DNA of 64,000 bases, from positions 13,082,001-13,146,000 of the forward strand of contig OZ024740.1 in NCBI GenBank assembly GCA_964016885.1, in the 5' to 3' direction. The position numbers and the translations under genes were made by a program. Below the pieces are notes generated by a model that had not been told where the DNA came from, searched no databases, and saw only the letters and a list, made by a program, of their open reading frames with translations. Origin of the DNA: Eledone cirrhosa. Its lineage: Eukaryota. Shown in pieces: positions 42,851 through 55,100 of this stretch (positions within the stretch are counted from its first letter, which is position 1; each line of letters starts with the position of its first letter).

Positions 42851-43016
42851 ATCTACCTATCTACCTACCTACCTCTGTAAACCTTCATTTTTATATCAAC
42901 TTGTAGAGGGACTGCCAGGTCAAATTTTGATCTGGTCAGTCTCTCAAAATATTCTATGCCTTTAGGCGAAATAGTACATAAAAAGTTTTTTTTGGAAAAG
43001 CTAAGATTTAAAAAAA

Positions 43017-44912
43017 ATGGCTGAAGCTTCTTCACCAACATTCGAAGGAGGGAAAGGGAAGATATGCTTACAGCTTCCCCCTGCCACTGTCATAGTAGCA
43101 GATGTCAAAGATAAAGGTCAGCCAGAGGTAGAATTTTCTCCACTTGCTGACCGACACCTTGATCTTGCCATGGCAACAAATCAAAACAACATAACCAGCG
43201 GCACCAGCAACAACAATAACAACAATGCTATGAACGAAAACACAACTTCACAAATGAATTTCGCAACCACAGATCAAGCAATTGAGAACTACAAAAACAA
43301 CAACAACAACAACAACGACAACAATGACAACAACAACAACAGCAACAATGATAACAACAACACAACAGCAGCAACAATAATGACAACAACACCAACAAGA
43401 ACAACTCCACAAACAAGGAAAAAAGGTCTCATTGCACAAACTGTCCAAAATACAGGACTATATACACATATTGACATCTCTCATGCCGGAGAATTGCTAA
43501 GAGATGCCAAGCAATATATAACTTTTGGGGAGAAGGGCGCTTTTAGCATCACTTTTCCCCAAGAATTGCGTAGAGACACTGTCCTGAAAACCATAGTTTG
43601 TAGGACAATCTCAAATACCACCAGAAAACCAGCTCAATTAACTCAAAATGAAATTGAGCTGGTTCTAAGAAACTCCATGAAGGACATTGCTTCATACAGA
43701 AGGGAAAACTCTTCGGGAGTTTATCAATAATAATGAAAGACCAATTGACGGCACAGAAATATTCTGTGTCGCCAATTGTGCCCCCCTCTACACCTTTTCC
43801 CCCCACATATATGGGAAAAAGGAGCCAAAAAATAAAAATAACAAACATCACACCAAATGTAAACATCTGGTGGATAATAGCTAGTTTCATCAATTTTGAT
43901 AAAGACAGTAATTTCGGTAGCAAAGTCCTCCAGGGGCATATTCTACGGTACAAGCTTAGAAGTTCTGGTCCAAATGAGACCAGAACGGATAGCTAGAATA
44001 CCACAACGTATGCCTCTGGATGGAAATTACTACATAAACATTTCTGTTGAGGGTAGGCGGCCTTCATGTTACCACTGTTTAAGCAGTGGTCATCTGAGGG
44101 CTTCCTGTCCTCAATTAACTGCATTGAAAAAAAAGGCACTACTGCCGACACCCAACACAACAACACAACCACCACCACCACCACAACAACGCACAAAAAC
44201 ACACAAAAACAAACCAAACTGCAAACACAGTCCCACCCAACCCCTCCCCACCTAAAACAACTCCAGAAACACCACACACATAACAGCTCCTCAAAATGTA
44301 CCCCTTCCCAACATACGGATGAGGCCTCATCAACGTCACCCAGTGACGATGAGGGAGTGCCTTTCCGACCAGTAAAAAGAAAAAAGAAAAGACATAACAC
44401 AAACAAAAATGCAACAAACACACAAACACCAATACAAGCCACGCAAACAGCACAAACAAAAACATCCCCTCCTGAAAACAAAAAACCTACTACAAAACGT
44501 AAACACACACAAGAACCACAGAAAAAAAGCAACTCAACACAACAAAAAATGTTACACCTACATAAGTACTAACAATAAAACTTTAACAGACACCATATAT
44601 AAAAACCCTTCGATGGAGACCGAAGGGAAAACTTTTACACACTCTGCGGAGAATCCTAAACATAAACAGTTAAAAGAAAAAATTCCTAACGACGTAGGTA
44701 ACCCCTGCGCAAATCCTATAACCGCGTCCTTTTGAAATGTTTCCCCACCCCTACTCAGACACTCCCACCCATACACCCCCCATCCAACCTGACACCCCTC
44801 CCCACCAAACATCTCCGTTTCCACCCCGCCAGAGACCACCACCCCACCAAACAACCCCTCCAACACCCCCATGGAAATTGAGCAGCCTGGTCCCCAGGAG
44901 ACGAAGAGGTGA
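43017..44912 (+). pseudogene. LINE ORF1 (zinc-knuckle protein), frameshifted; end approximate
   Basis: ATG at 43017. VEGRRPSCYHCLSSGHLRASC (CX2CX4HX4C) followed by a low-complexity basic tail. Confidence 0.8.
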
Positions 44913-44952
44913 GTGATTTCTTTTCCTCTTCTTTTAACTTTTCAGCACCAAC

Positions 44953-47900
44953 ATGGCCAATATAAGAGTTGGATGTGTGAATGTACGCGGCCTGGGGACG
45001 CCCTGGAAACAGGGCAAACTCTTAAACGACCTCAGGTCGCACAGTATGGATGTAGTAGCCATTTGCGAGTCCAGGATCCACAGCGAGCGACAACTGGCCC
45101 CCATCTTCGACGACTTTGAGATCTAAGCACCTCTCTGTCAGCCGGGAGGTGGGGGTGGGGTTGCCGTTTTGCTGTGGAAACACCTGGACCTCGTAACACA
45201 GACGGTACATCTGGACCCGGAGGGTCGACTGGTGGTCCTAGACGTTGACGGTAGTGAAGGTGGAGCCTTCAGGCTGGTGGCCGCATATGCCCCATCCGAG
45301 ACACCGGGGCCAGACTTCTTCAAACGTCTAGAGACTTTTCTGGGAACGGCCCGCTCCCTGCTGTTAGTGGGGGACTGGAATGAAATCCTAGATGCATGTT
45401 GGGACTATGTGGGAGCATGTCCCGATAGAGGGGGGTGTAACAGCCTCAAACAGTTAATCGGCCGATTTGACCTGGCCGATAGATATCGACTAGATTTTCC
45501 GACTGTGCCACTGTGGACGTGGACTAATCGCAGCGGAATATCTAGATCGTACCTAGATAGGGTTCTAGTTAGAAAGAAGGATAGGTACATGTTAAGCTGT
45601 CCACAAATGTTCATGGTTGCCTATTCAGATCACAAATTAGTGACCTGCTTAGTCAACCTTGATAAAACCCATAGACAGGGACCCGGCTACTGGAAGCTGA
45701 ACTTGTCGTTACCGACATGCAAAGCCTACAGTAGACGGATTAGCACTTTAGTTAAGCAGCACTTGACGGGGGCCATTGTCAACAACAGATGGTGGTAATC
45801 TCTCAAGAGAGCAGTTAGATTAGACTCGATAGGTTTTAGTAAAGAATTAGTGTTAGATAGAAATAAGACCGAAAAGGAACTGGTAGATAAAGTAGAATAG
45901 GCACTTAGGAGTGGCAACGTAGCCAGCGTGTTAGCGACGAGAACGGCCTTGGACCAGTTCTTCGACGCAAAGCATGAAGGCTGCGTTGTCAGAAGCAAAA
46001 TACGTGCTCTGGCAAACGAGGGAGCCAAAGCTGTTAGCTGGGCCCGAGTGACGGAGGCGAAAAGTGGAAACAAGTCCACGATTCGGTCTTTGAAGGACAA
46101 AGACGGATGCGTGATGCGTGAGCCGAATCAGATGTGCGCGGCCTTTCAGCGGCACTTTGCTCAACTGTTCGGGCAGGGCGGCGCGCCGGAAGAGGCTATG
46201 GATTTCGGTTCATAACTCGACGGCCTACCGCGACTCTCGGACAGCGAGGCGAAGTTCTGCGAATCCGATTTCGGCCGCTGAGATAGGGGACGCGCTGAGC
46301 CAATGCGGTAAACGCAAATCTCCAGGTCTCGACGGTCTACCCTACAAATTTTACGTAGCAATGCCGGACTTGTTCTCCGGTCTCCTGGAAGCGGTCTACT
46401 GCAACTGGCAGCAGATCGGCAGAATTCCCAGTTCTGTGACCAAGGGCGTTAGTCAGGAAGGACGAGAACAAGGGGGATGACATAGGAAACTTCCGGCCCA
46501 TAACTCTGCTCAACACAGAGTTACAGATTTTGGCCAAGGTGTTGGCAAAGAGGCTGGCGCTTGTCGAAAACCTGGTGGGAGAAGCGCAGACATGCGCAAT
46601 CCCAACCAGGTCCATACACGACAACCTCCACCTCATGCGATACATCATAGAGAGGGTAGGGTGTAAACCTGGCTTCTGTGGGGCCCTGATCAACTTGGAT
46701 CAGTCTAAGGCTTTCGATTGTGTTGACCATCGTTACCTGGATGCGGTGCTCGAGGCGGCAGGCTTCGGTCCCGTATTCAGGGGCTGGATTGCTGCAATGC
46801 ACAACAGCAACATCTGCTCAAGGGTCAAGGTGAACGGCTACCTCTCGGAGCAGTTCCATATCACGCGATCCATCCGACAGGGATGCCCTCTCTCCTCCCT
46901 TCTGTACGTACTGACTTTCGAGCCACTACTGCGGAAGTTGGAGCTATGGCAGGGCATCCCTTTGGAACCGGGACTGCGAAAAGCGGCGTCGGCCTACGTC
47001 GACGACGTGATAGTAATGGTGTCGAGCACCTCGCAAATCGGGGAGATCGGCACCTAACTGGAGTAATACGAAAGGTTCACAGGAGCGAAGCTGAACCGGG
47101 ACAAATCTGTCGGTTTGCAACTCGGAACGTGGATAGGCAAACCGATGCCTTCCATTGACGTCGTCGGACGCTGGACGGAAGGACCGGTAAAGCTGCCCGG
47201 GGTCTGGTTTGGTCCGTCCTCCAGGTGGAGAAGAACTGGAACGAGGTGACGGCCAAGGTGTTTGCGCTCACCCAGAAGTGGGCCGAGTGCAAACTATCCT
47301 TGAAAGGTCGAGCGGAGGTAGAGAACACTTTTATAGCGTCCGTCATCTACTACCGCTTGACCGTCGTGCCTTGTCCAGCCAAAACGCTCACCAAAATGGA
47401 GCGCGCGCTCTTCCAATTCCTTTGGAAGAAGCGGGCTCTTTTGGTGAGAAGATCCATCTGTTCCCAACACCCTTCAAACTGAGGGCTGGGAATGCCGTGG
47501 CTGACGATGCGCAAACACGCGCTCAGGCTGCGGCATCTCTACGTATTCCTCACCAGACTACCGGTGTGTACCCCGTTCGTGAGGCGAGCCTTCCCACGCC
47601 TCGTCTCGCTGACCGAGCTGCAGTCCTGGGTCAAGCAAAGACCGAGGAAAATGGGCGACTGGCACATCGACTGTGCTCAGGCGCTCACAGTCCTCTGGCA
47701 AACGGACCCGGCGATCAGTGGAGACTCCACTTCGACATTCTATAGAGGGTGGGTCCGCAGCTAGTGCGACGACACGTTCGGAGAAACTCTAGGCGTTGAG
47801 GAGGACGAACTGGCCAGTCTGTTCGGTAGGACTTACCGCCTGGGACCAATGGACTTCCAAAAGTCCCTGGCCTGGCAGTGCTACCTAGGAGCTCTACCAG

Positions 47901-48370
47901 TTCGAGACAAGCTCTACAGACACGGGCGCCCGGGTAGGGACCCTTCGAAAATGATCTGTCCGAGATGCGTGCGCGACAAGGAAACCGTCGCACACGCATT
48001 TGTACACTGCCCGGGCGTTACCGTCCTGTGGGGCTATGTAGAACGACTATTGTCGCGGGTTGGACCAATCCAGTTGACCACCGAGTCCATTGTCATGAAT
48101 GAGGGAGAAGCGGTTTTCCTATGAGGGAGAGGCGGTTTTCCTATGTGTTATGGCTATGGTGAAAGAGGTGATATCTGGACGAGGTTAAAAGGGCTGAGGT
48201 CAGACACCTTTCTCTCCGGCGAGCAACTGATTCGTTTTTTCAAATATCATTTTGGAAGTAGAATCAGGATGTAGAGAGAGGTGCTGTACCCCAGCAAATT
48301 TTATAAAAGGTGGGTGAATGTGGCAAAGATGGCCCGAGTGGTTGGGTCTTCTCTCTATATAAGCCTGTAG
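44953..48370 (+). pseudogene. LINE ORF2 (APE endonuclease, RT, CCHC), many stops and frameshifts
   Basis: MANIRVGCVNVRGL, VGDWN, SYLDRV, YSDH, GPGYWKLN, KSPGLDGLP, LDQSKAFD, IRQGCPLS, AYVDD and CPRC..ETVAHAFVHC. Confidence 0.92.
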
Positions 48371-48603
48371 GTTGAGGAAAAAGAGGAAGAGAGGAAGGGA
48401 GTACTCACTCTTGGTGCTCCTGGAGATGAGGGTTGTACATTTTTTCGGGGTGTGTACAACCTCTGTGTAACACCTCCCCCTTATTGGGGATTTCAATTGT
48501 TATTTGTTGTTGTATTAATAGTTTTATTTTCATATACCTGTATGTAAACTCCCCATTTGTATTTGTCCCCTTCTTTTGTGCTCTTGTGGCTAATAAAGAA
48601 ATG

Positions 48604-49410
48604 TATCTACCTCCCTCCCTACCTACCTACCTACCTACCTACCTACCTACCTACCTACCTACCTACCTCCCTACCCACCTACCTACCTATCTACCTGCCT
48701 ACCTACCTCCCTACCTACCTCCCTATCTACCTACCTACCTCCTACCTACCTACCTACCTACCTACCTACCTACCTACCTACCTACCTACCTACCTCCTAC
48801 CTACCTCCCTACCTACCTACCTACCTACCTACCTACCTACCCATCTACCTACCTACCTACCTACCTACCTACCTACCTACCTACCTACCTACCTACCTAC
48901 CTACCTACCTACCTCCCTACCTACCTACCTACCTACTACCTACCTACCTCCCTCCCTCCCTACCTCCCACCCTCCCTCCCTGCCTACCTACCTACCTACC
49001 TACCTACCTACCTACCTACCTACCTCAATCCCTACCTCCCTACCTACCTACCTACCTCCCTACCTACCTACCTCCCTCCCTACCTACCTACCTACCTACC
49101 TACCTACCTACCTGCCTCCCTCCCTACCTACCTACCTACCCATCTACCTACCACCCTACCTACCTATCTACCTACCTACCTCCCTCCCTACCTACCTACC
49201 TACCTACCTACCTACCTCCCTCCCTACCTCCCTCCCTCCCTCCCTACCTACCTACCTACCTACCTACCTACCTACCCATCTACCTACCTACCTACCTACC
49301 TACCTACCTACCTACCTACCTATCTACCTACCTACCTACCTATCTACCTACCTACCTACCTACCTACCTCCCTACCTACCAACCTACCTACCTACCTACC
49401 TAACTACCTA
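48604..49410. repeat. (CTAC)n microsatellite
   Basis: Directly visible. Confidence 0.96.
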
Positions 49411-51847
49411 CGTGCTCTAGGGAACGAGGGGACCAAAACTGTTAGCTGGGCCCGCGTGACAGATGCCAAGAGTGGAACTAAATCCACCATCCGGTCTTTG
49501 CGAGACCAGGATGGACGGGCGATCCTTGAGCCTAAACAGATGTGTGAGGCTTTTCAAAGCAGTTTGCCCGACTGTTCGGAAGGGGCGGGGAGCCGGTTGT
49601 GATGTGGACTTCGGTCCATACCTCGACGGTCTGCCGCGTCTCTCGGACAGGGAGGCGAAGTCCTGCGAGGAGCCGATTTCAGCCGCTGAGATAGAGGACG
49701 TGCTGAGCCAATGCGGCAAACGCAAATCCCCGGGTCTCGATGGTCTTCCATACGAATTATATCTAGCTATGCCGGACTTGTTCCCCGATCTCCTCGAGGC
49801 GGTCTACTGCAACTGGCAACAGAACGGGAGAATTCCCTGTACTGTGACCAAGGGCGTAGTCACGCTAGTGAGGAAGGACGAGAAGAAGGGGGACGAAATA
49901 AGTAACTTCAGGCCCATAATTCTGCTAAATACAGAGTTACAGATTTTGGCCAAGGTGCTAGCAAAGAGGTTGGCGCTTGTCGTGGGCAACCTGGTGGGAG
50001 ATGCGCAGACATGCGCTATCTCGTCCAGGTCCATCCATGACAACCTCCACCTCATGCGATACATCATAGAGAGGGTTGGGAACGAACCCGGCTTTCGTGG
50101 GGCTCTGATCAACTTGGATCAATCTAAGACGTTCGATAGGGTCGACCATGGTTACCTGGATGCGGTGCTAGCGGCGGCAGGCTTCGGACCCGTTTTCAGG
50201 GGCTAGATCACTGCTATGCACAGCAGCCGCATCTGCTATAGGGTCAAGGTGAACGGCTACCTCTCGGAGCCGTTCAAAATCGCGCGGTCCATCCGACAAG
50301 GGTGCCCTCTCTCCTCCATTCTGTATGTGTTGACTCTCGAGCCACTACTACGGAAGTTGGAGTTGTTGCAGGGCATCCCTTTGGAACCGGGATTGAGGAC
50401 AGCGGTGTCGGCCTACGCCGATGACGTGACAGTAATGGTGTCTACGGCCCCAGAAACCGGGGTGATCGGCACCTTACTGGAGGAGTACGTAAGGTTCACA
50501 GGGGCTAAGCTGAACCGGGACAAGTCGATCGGTTTGCAACTCGGCACGTGGAGGGGCAAACCTATGCCCTCCGATGGCGTCGTCGGATGCTGGACGGAGG
50601 GCCCGGTGAAGTTACTCGGGGTCTGGTTCGGACCAGACCTCCAGGTGGAGAAGAACATGGCGGAGGTTACGAACAGGGTGTTTGCACTGACCCAGAAGTG
50701 GGCCAGTTGCAAACTGTCCCTGAAAGGTCGGGCGGAGGTGGCGAACACCTATATAGCGTCCGTCATCAACTACCTCCTGACCGTCGTGCCTTGCCCAAGG
50801 GAAACCTCGCCAAGATGGAGCGCGCGCTCTTCCAATTCCTTTGGAAGAGGCGGGCTCCTATGGTGAGGAGATCCATCTGCTGTCAACACCCTTCGAAAGG
50901 AGGGCTGGGGATGCCGTGGCTAATGATGCGTAAACACGCATTAAGGCTACGGCACCTCCACGTATTCCTCACCGGTCAACCGGTGTGGGCCCCGTTTGTG
51001 AGGCGAGCCTTTCCCAGACTCATCTCACTCACCGAGCTGCAATCCAGGGTCAAGCAAAGACCGAGAAAACTGGGCGCCTGGGCACACTGAGTGTGCTCCG
51101 GCGCTCACCGCCCTCTGGTAGGCGGATTCGGTTATCAGTGGAGACTCCACCGCAACATTCTATAGAGGGCTGGTACGCAGCAGGCGCGACGACGCCCTCG
51201 GAGAAGCCCTAGACATGGAGGAAGACGAACTGGCCAGCCTGTTCGGTAGGACATTCAGCCCGGGACCTATGGACAACTTCCAGAAGACCCTGGCCTGGCA
51301 GTGCTACCGAAGGGCTCTACCCGTTCGAGAAAATCTCTACAGATACGTTCGCCCGGGTAGGGACCCCGCCAAAAAGATCTGTCCCAGATGTGTGTGCGAC
51401 GAGGAAACCGTTGCACACGGATTGGTACACTGCTCGGGCGTAGCCGATCTGTGGGGCTATGTCGAACAACTGCTGTCAAGAGTGGGACCGATCCGGTTGA
51501 CCACCGAGTCTATTATAATGATCAAGCCCCCCCTCCCCCCTTCAAAAATGAAGGAGAGGGGGTGTTTCTGTGCGTAATAGCCATGGCGAAAGAGGTTGTA
51601 TGGTGGACGCGTCTGAAAGGACTGAGGTCAGGCACCTTTCTCTCTGGCCAACAACTGGTCCGTTTCTTCCGATATCATTTCGGAAGAAGGATCAGGATGG
51701 AGAGAGAGGTGCTCCACCCCAGTCGTTTTTATGAAAGGTGGGTGAAAGTGGCGAGAATGGCCCGTGTGAATGGGCCTTCTCTTTACATAAGCCTGAAGGT
51801 GGAAAAGATGAAGAAACGAGGGAGCACCCCCCTCTCTGTGCTCCTGA
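49409..51847 (+). mobile_element. 5'-truncated and 3'-clipped Tx1/L1-like LINE copy (RT plus C-terminus)
   Basis: KSPGLDGLP, NFRPIILLN, IRQGCPLS, AYADD and CPRC..H..C. Homologous to 46001-48421. Confidence 0.92.
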
Positions 51848-52055
51848 ACCATCAGTCGTACGCCACATGTAGCAGTTATGTAACCCTAGGTCAGTCCTGA
51901 ACCCTCAGTCGTACGTCACATATAGCTGTTATATAACCCTAGGTTACACCTGAGCCCTCAGTCGTACGTCACATGTAGCTGTTGTGTAACCCTAGGATAG
52001 TCCGGAACTATCAGTATAACGTCACATGTAGCTGTTATGTAACCCTAGATCAGTT
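51844..52055. repeat. 53-bp repeat, 4 diverged copies containing TAACCCTAG
   Basis: tcagt starts at 51852, 51905, 51958 and 52011. Confidence 0.85.
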
Positions 52056-52163
52056 TAGATACAACAGATCCATGGTACACATGTAGTCGTGAGTTTTGTA
52101 GCCCTGAGTACTTGTCGTTGTCTAAGTACAATTCAGACCTGACCCATCAGCCCTACCGTACGA

Positions 52164-55100
52164 AGGTAGGTGTTGTAGTGTAGTGCTAGGTTAACCCAGA
52201 GTTTTAACACATACAGGTAGGTGTTGTAGTGTAGTGTGGTGCTAGGTTAACCCAGAGTTTTAACACATACAGGTAGGTGTTGTAGTGTAGTGTGGTGCTA
52301 GGTTAACCCAGAGTTTTAACACATACAGGTAGGTGTTGTAGTGTAGTGTAGTGCTAGGTTAACCCAGAGTTTTAACACATACAGGTAGGTGTTGTAGTGT
52401 AGTGTGGTGCTAGGTTAACCCAGAGTTTTAACACATACAGGTAGGTGTTGTAGTGTAGTGCTAGGTTAACCCAGAGTTTTAACACATACAGGTAGGTGTT
52501 GTAGTGTAGTGCTAGGCTAACCCAGAGTTTTAACACATACAGGTAGGTGTTGTAGTGTAGTGCTAGGTTAACCCAGAGTTTTAACACATACAGGTAGGTG
52601 TTGTAGTGTAGTGTGGTGCTAGGTTAACCCAGAGTTTTAACACATACAGGTAGGTGTTGTAGTGTAGTGCTAGGTTAACCCAGAGTTTTAACACATACAG
52701 GTAGGTGTTGTAGTGTAGTGTGGTGCTAGGTTAACCCAGAGTTATAACACATACAGGTAGGTGTTGTAGTGTAGTGCTAGGTTAACCCAGAGATTTAACA
52801 CATACAGGTAGGTATTGTAGTGTAGTGCTAGGTTAACCCTGAGTTTTAACACAGAGGTAGGTGTTGTAGTGTAGTGCTAGGTTAACCCTGAGTTTTAACA
52901 CATAGAGGTAGGTATTGTAGTGTAGTGCTAGGTTAACCCTGAGTTTTAACACATAGAGGTAGGTGTTGTAGTGTAGTACTAGGTTAACCCAGAGTTTTAA
53001 CACCTACAGGTAGGTGTTGTAGTGTAGTGCTAGGTTAACCCAGAGTTTTAACACATACAGGTAGGTGTTGTAGTGTAGTGCTAGGTTAACCCTGAGTTTT
53101 AACACATAGAGGTAGGTGTTGTAGTGTAGTGCTAGGTTAACCCAGAGTTTTAACACCTACAGGTAGGTGTTGTAGTGTAGTGCTAGGTTAACCCAGAGAT
53201 TTAACACATACAGGTAGGTATTGTAGTGTAGTGCTAGGTTAACCCTGAGTTTTAACACATACAGGTAGGCGTTGTAGTGTAGTGCTAGGTAAACCCTGAG
53301 TTTTAACACATAGAGGTAGGTGTTGTAGTGTAGTACTAGGTTAACCCAGAGTTTTAACAACTACAGGAAGGTGTTGTAGTGTAGTGTGGTACTAGGTAAA
53401 CCCTGAGTTTTAACACATACAGGTAGGTGTTGTAGTGTAGTGTGGTACTAGGTAAACCCTGAGATTTAACACATACAGGTAGGTATTGTAGTGTAGTGTG
53501 GTGCTAGGTAAACCCTGAGTTTTAACACATACAGGTAGGTGTAGTGTAGTGTGGTGCTAGGTAAACCCTGAGTTTTAACAGATACAGGTAGGTGTTGTAG
53601 TGTAGTGTGGGGCTAGGTAAACCCTGAGTTTTAACACATACAGGTAGGTATTGTAGTGTAGTGCTAGGTTAACCCAGAGTTTTAACACATAGAGGTAGGT
53701 GTTGTAGTGTAGTGCTAGGTAAACCCTGAGTTTAACACATACAGTTAGGTGTTGTAGTGTAGTGCTAGGTTAACCCAGAGTTTTAACACATACAAATAGG
53801 TGTCGTAGTGTAGTGTGGTGCTAGGTTAACCCAGAGTTTTAACACTTACAGGTAGGTGTTGTAGTGTAGTGTGGTGCTAGGTTAACCCAGAGTTTTAACA
53901 ATATAAGTAGGTATTGTAGTGTAGTGCTAGGTTAACCCAGAGTTTAACACATACAGGTAGGCGTTGTAGTGTAGTGCTAGGTTACCCCAGAGTTTTAACA
54001 CATACAGGTAGGTATTGTAGTGTAGTGCTAGGTTAATCCTGAGTTTTAACGCATACAGGTAGGTGTTGTAGTGTAGTGCTAGGTAAACCCTGAGTTTAAC
54101 ACATACAGGTAGGTGTTGTAGTGTAGTGCTAGGTTAACCCTGAGTTTTAACACATAGAGGTATGTGTTGTAGTGTAGTGCTAGGTTAACCCAGAGTTTTA
54201 ACACATACAGGTAGGTGTTGTAGTGTAGTGCTAGGTTAACCCAGAGTTTTAACACATGCAGGTAGGTATTGTAGTGTAGTGTGGTGCTAGGTTAACCCAG
54301 AGTTTTAACACATACAGGTAGGTGTTGTAGTGTAGTGCTAGGTTAACCCAGAGTTTTAACACATACAGATAGGATTGTAGTGTAGTGCTAGGTTAACCCA
54401 GAGTTTTAACACATACAGGTAGGTATTGTAGTATAGTGCAAGGTTAATCCAGAGTTTTACCACATACAGGTAGGTGTTGTATTGTAGTGCTAGGTTAACC
54501 CAGAGTTTTAACACATACAGGTAGGTATTGTAGTGTAGTGCTAGGTTAACCCAGAGTTTTAACACATACAGGTAGGTATCGTAGTGTATTGTGGTGCTAG
54601 GTTAACCCAGAGTTTTAACACTTACAGGTAGGTGTTGTAGTGTAGTGTGGTACTAGGTTAACCCAGAGTTTAACACATACAGGCAGGTGTTTAGTGTAGT
54701 GTGGTGCTAGGTAAACCCTGAGTTTTAACTCATACAGGTAGGTATTGTAGTGTAGTGCTAGGTAAACCCAGTGTTTTAACACATACAGGTAGGTATTGTA
54801 GTGTAGTGTGGTGCTAGGTAGACCCTGAGTTTCAACACATACAGGTAGGTATTGTAGTGTAGTGCTAGGTTAACCCAGAGTTTTAACACATACAGGTAGG
54901 TGTTGTAGTGTAGTGTGGTGCTAGCTAAACCCTGAGTTTTAATACACACAAGTAGGTGTTGTAGTGTAGTGTGGTGCTAGGTAAATCCTTAGTTTTAACA
55001 CATATAAGTAGGTGTTGTAGTGTAGTGCTAGGTTAACCCAGAGTTTTAGCAGATACAGTTAGGTGCTATAGTGTAGTGTAGTTTTAGGTTAACACAGAGT

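Larger units (their letters stand above)
42875..48600 (+). mobile_element. Near full-length Tx1/L1-like LINE, decayed
   Basis: 5' UTR, ORF1 with CCHC knuckle, ORF2 APE-RT-CCHC, 3' UTR with AATAAA at 48592. Flanked by (CTAC)n on both sides. Confidence 0.92.

Noticed and set aside
48433-49602. (LPTY)n ORFs
   Set aside because: They are translations of the (CTAC)n microsatellite.
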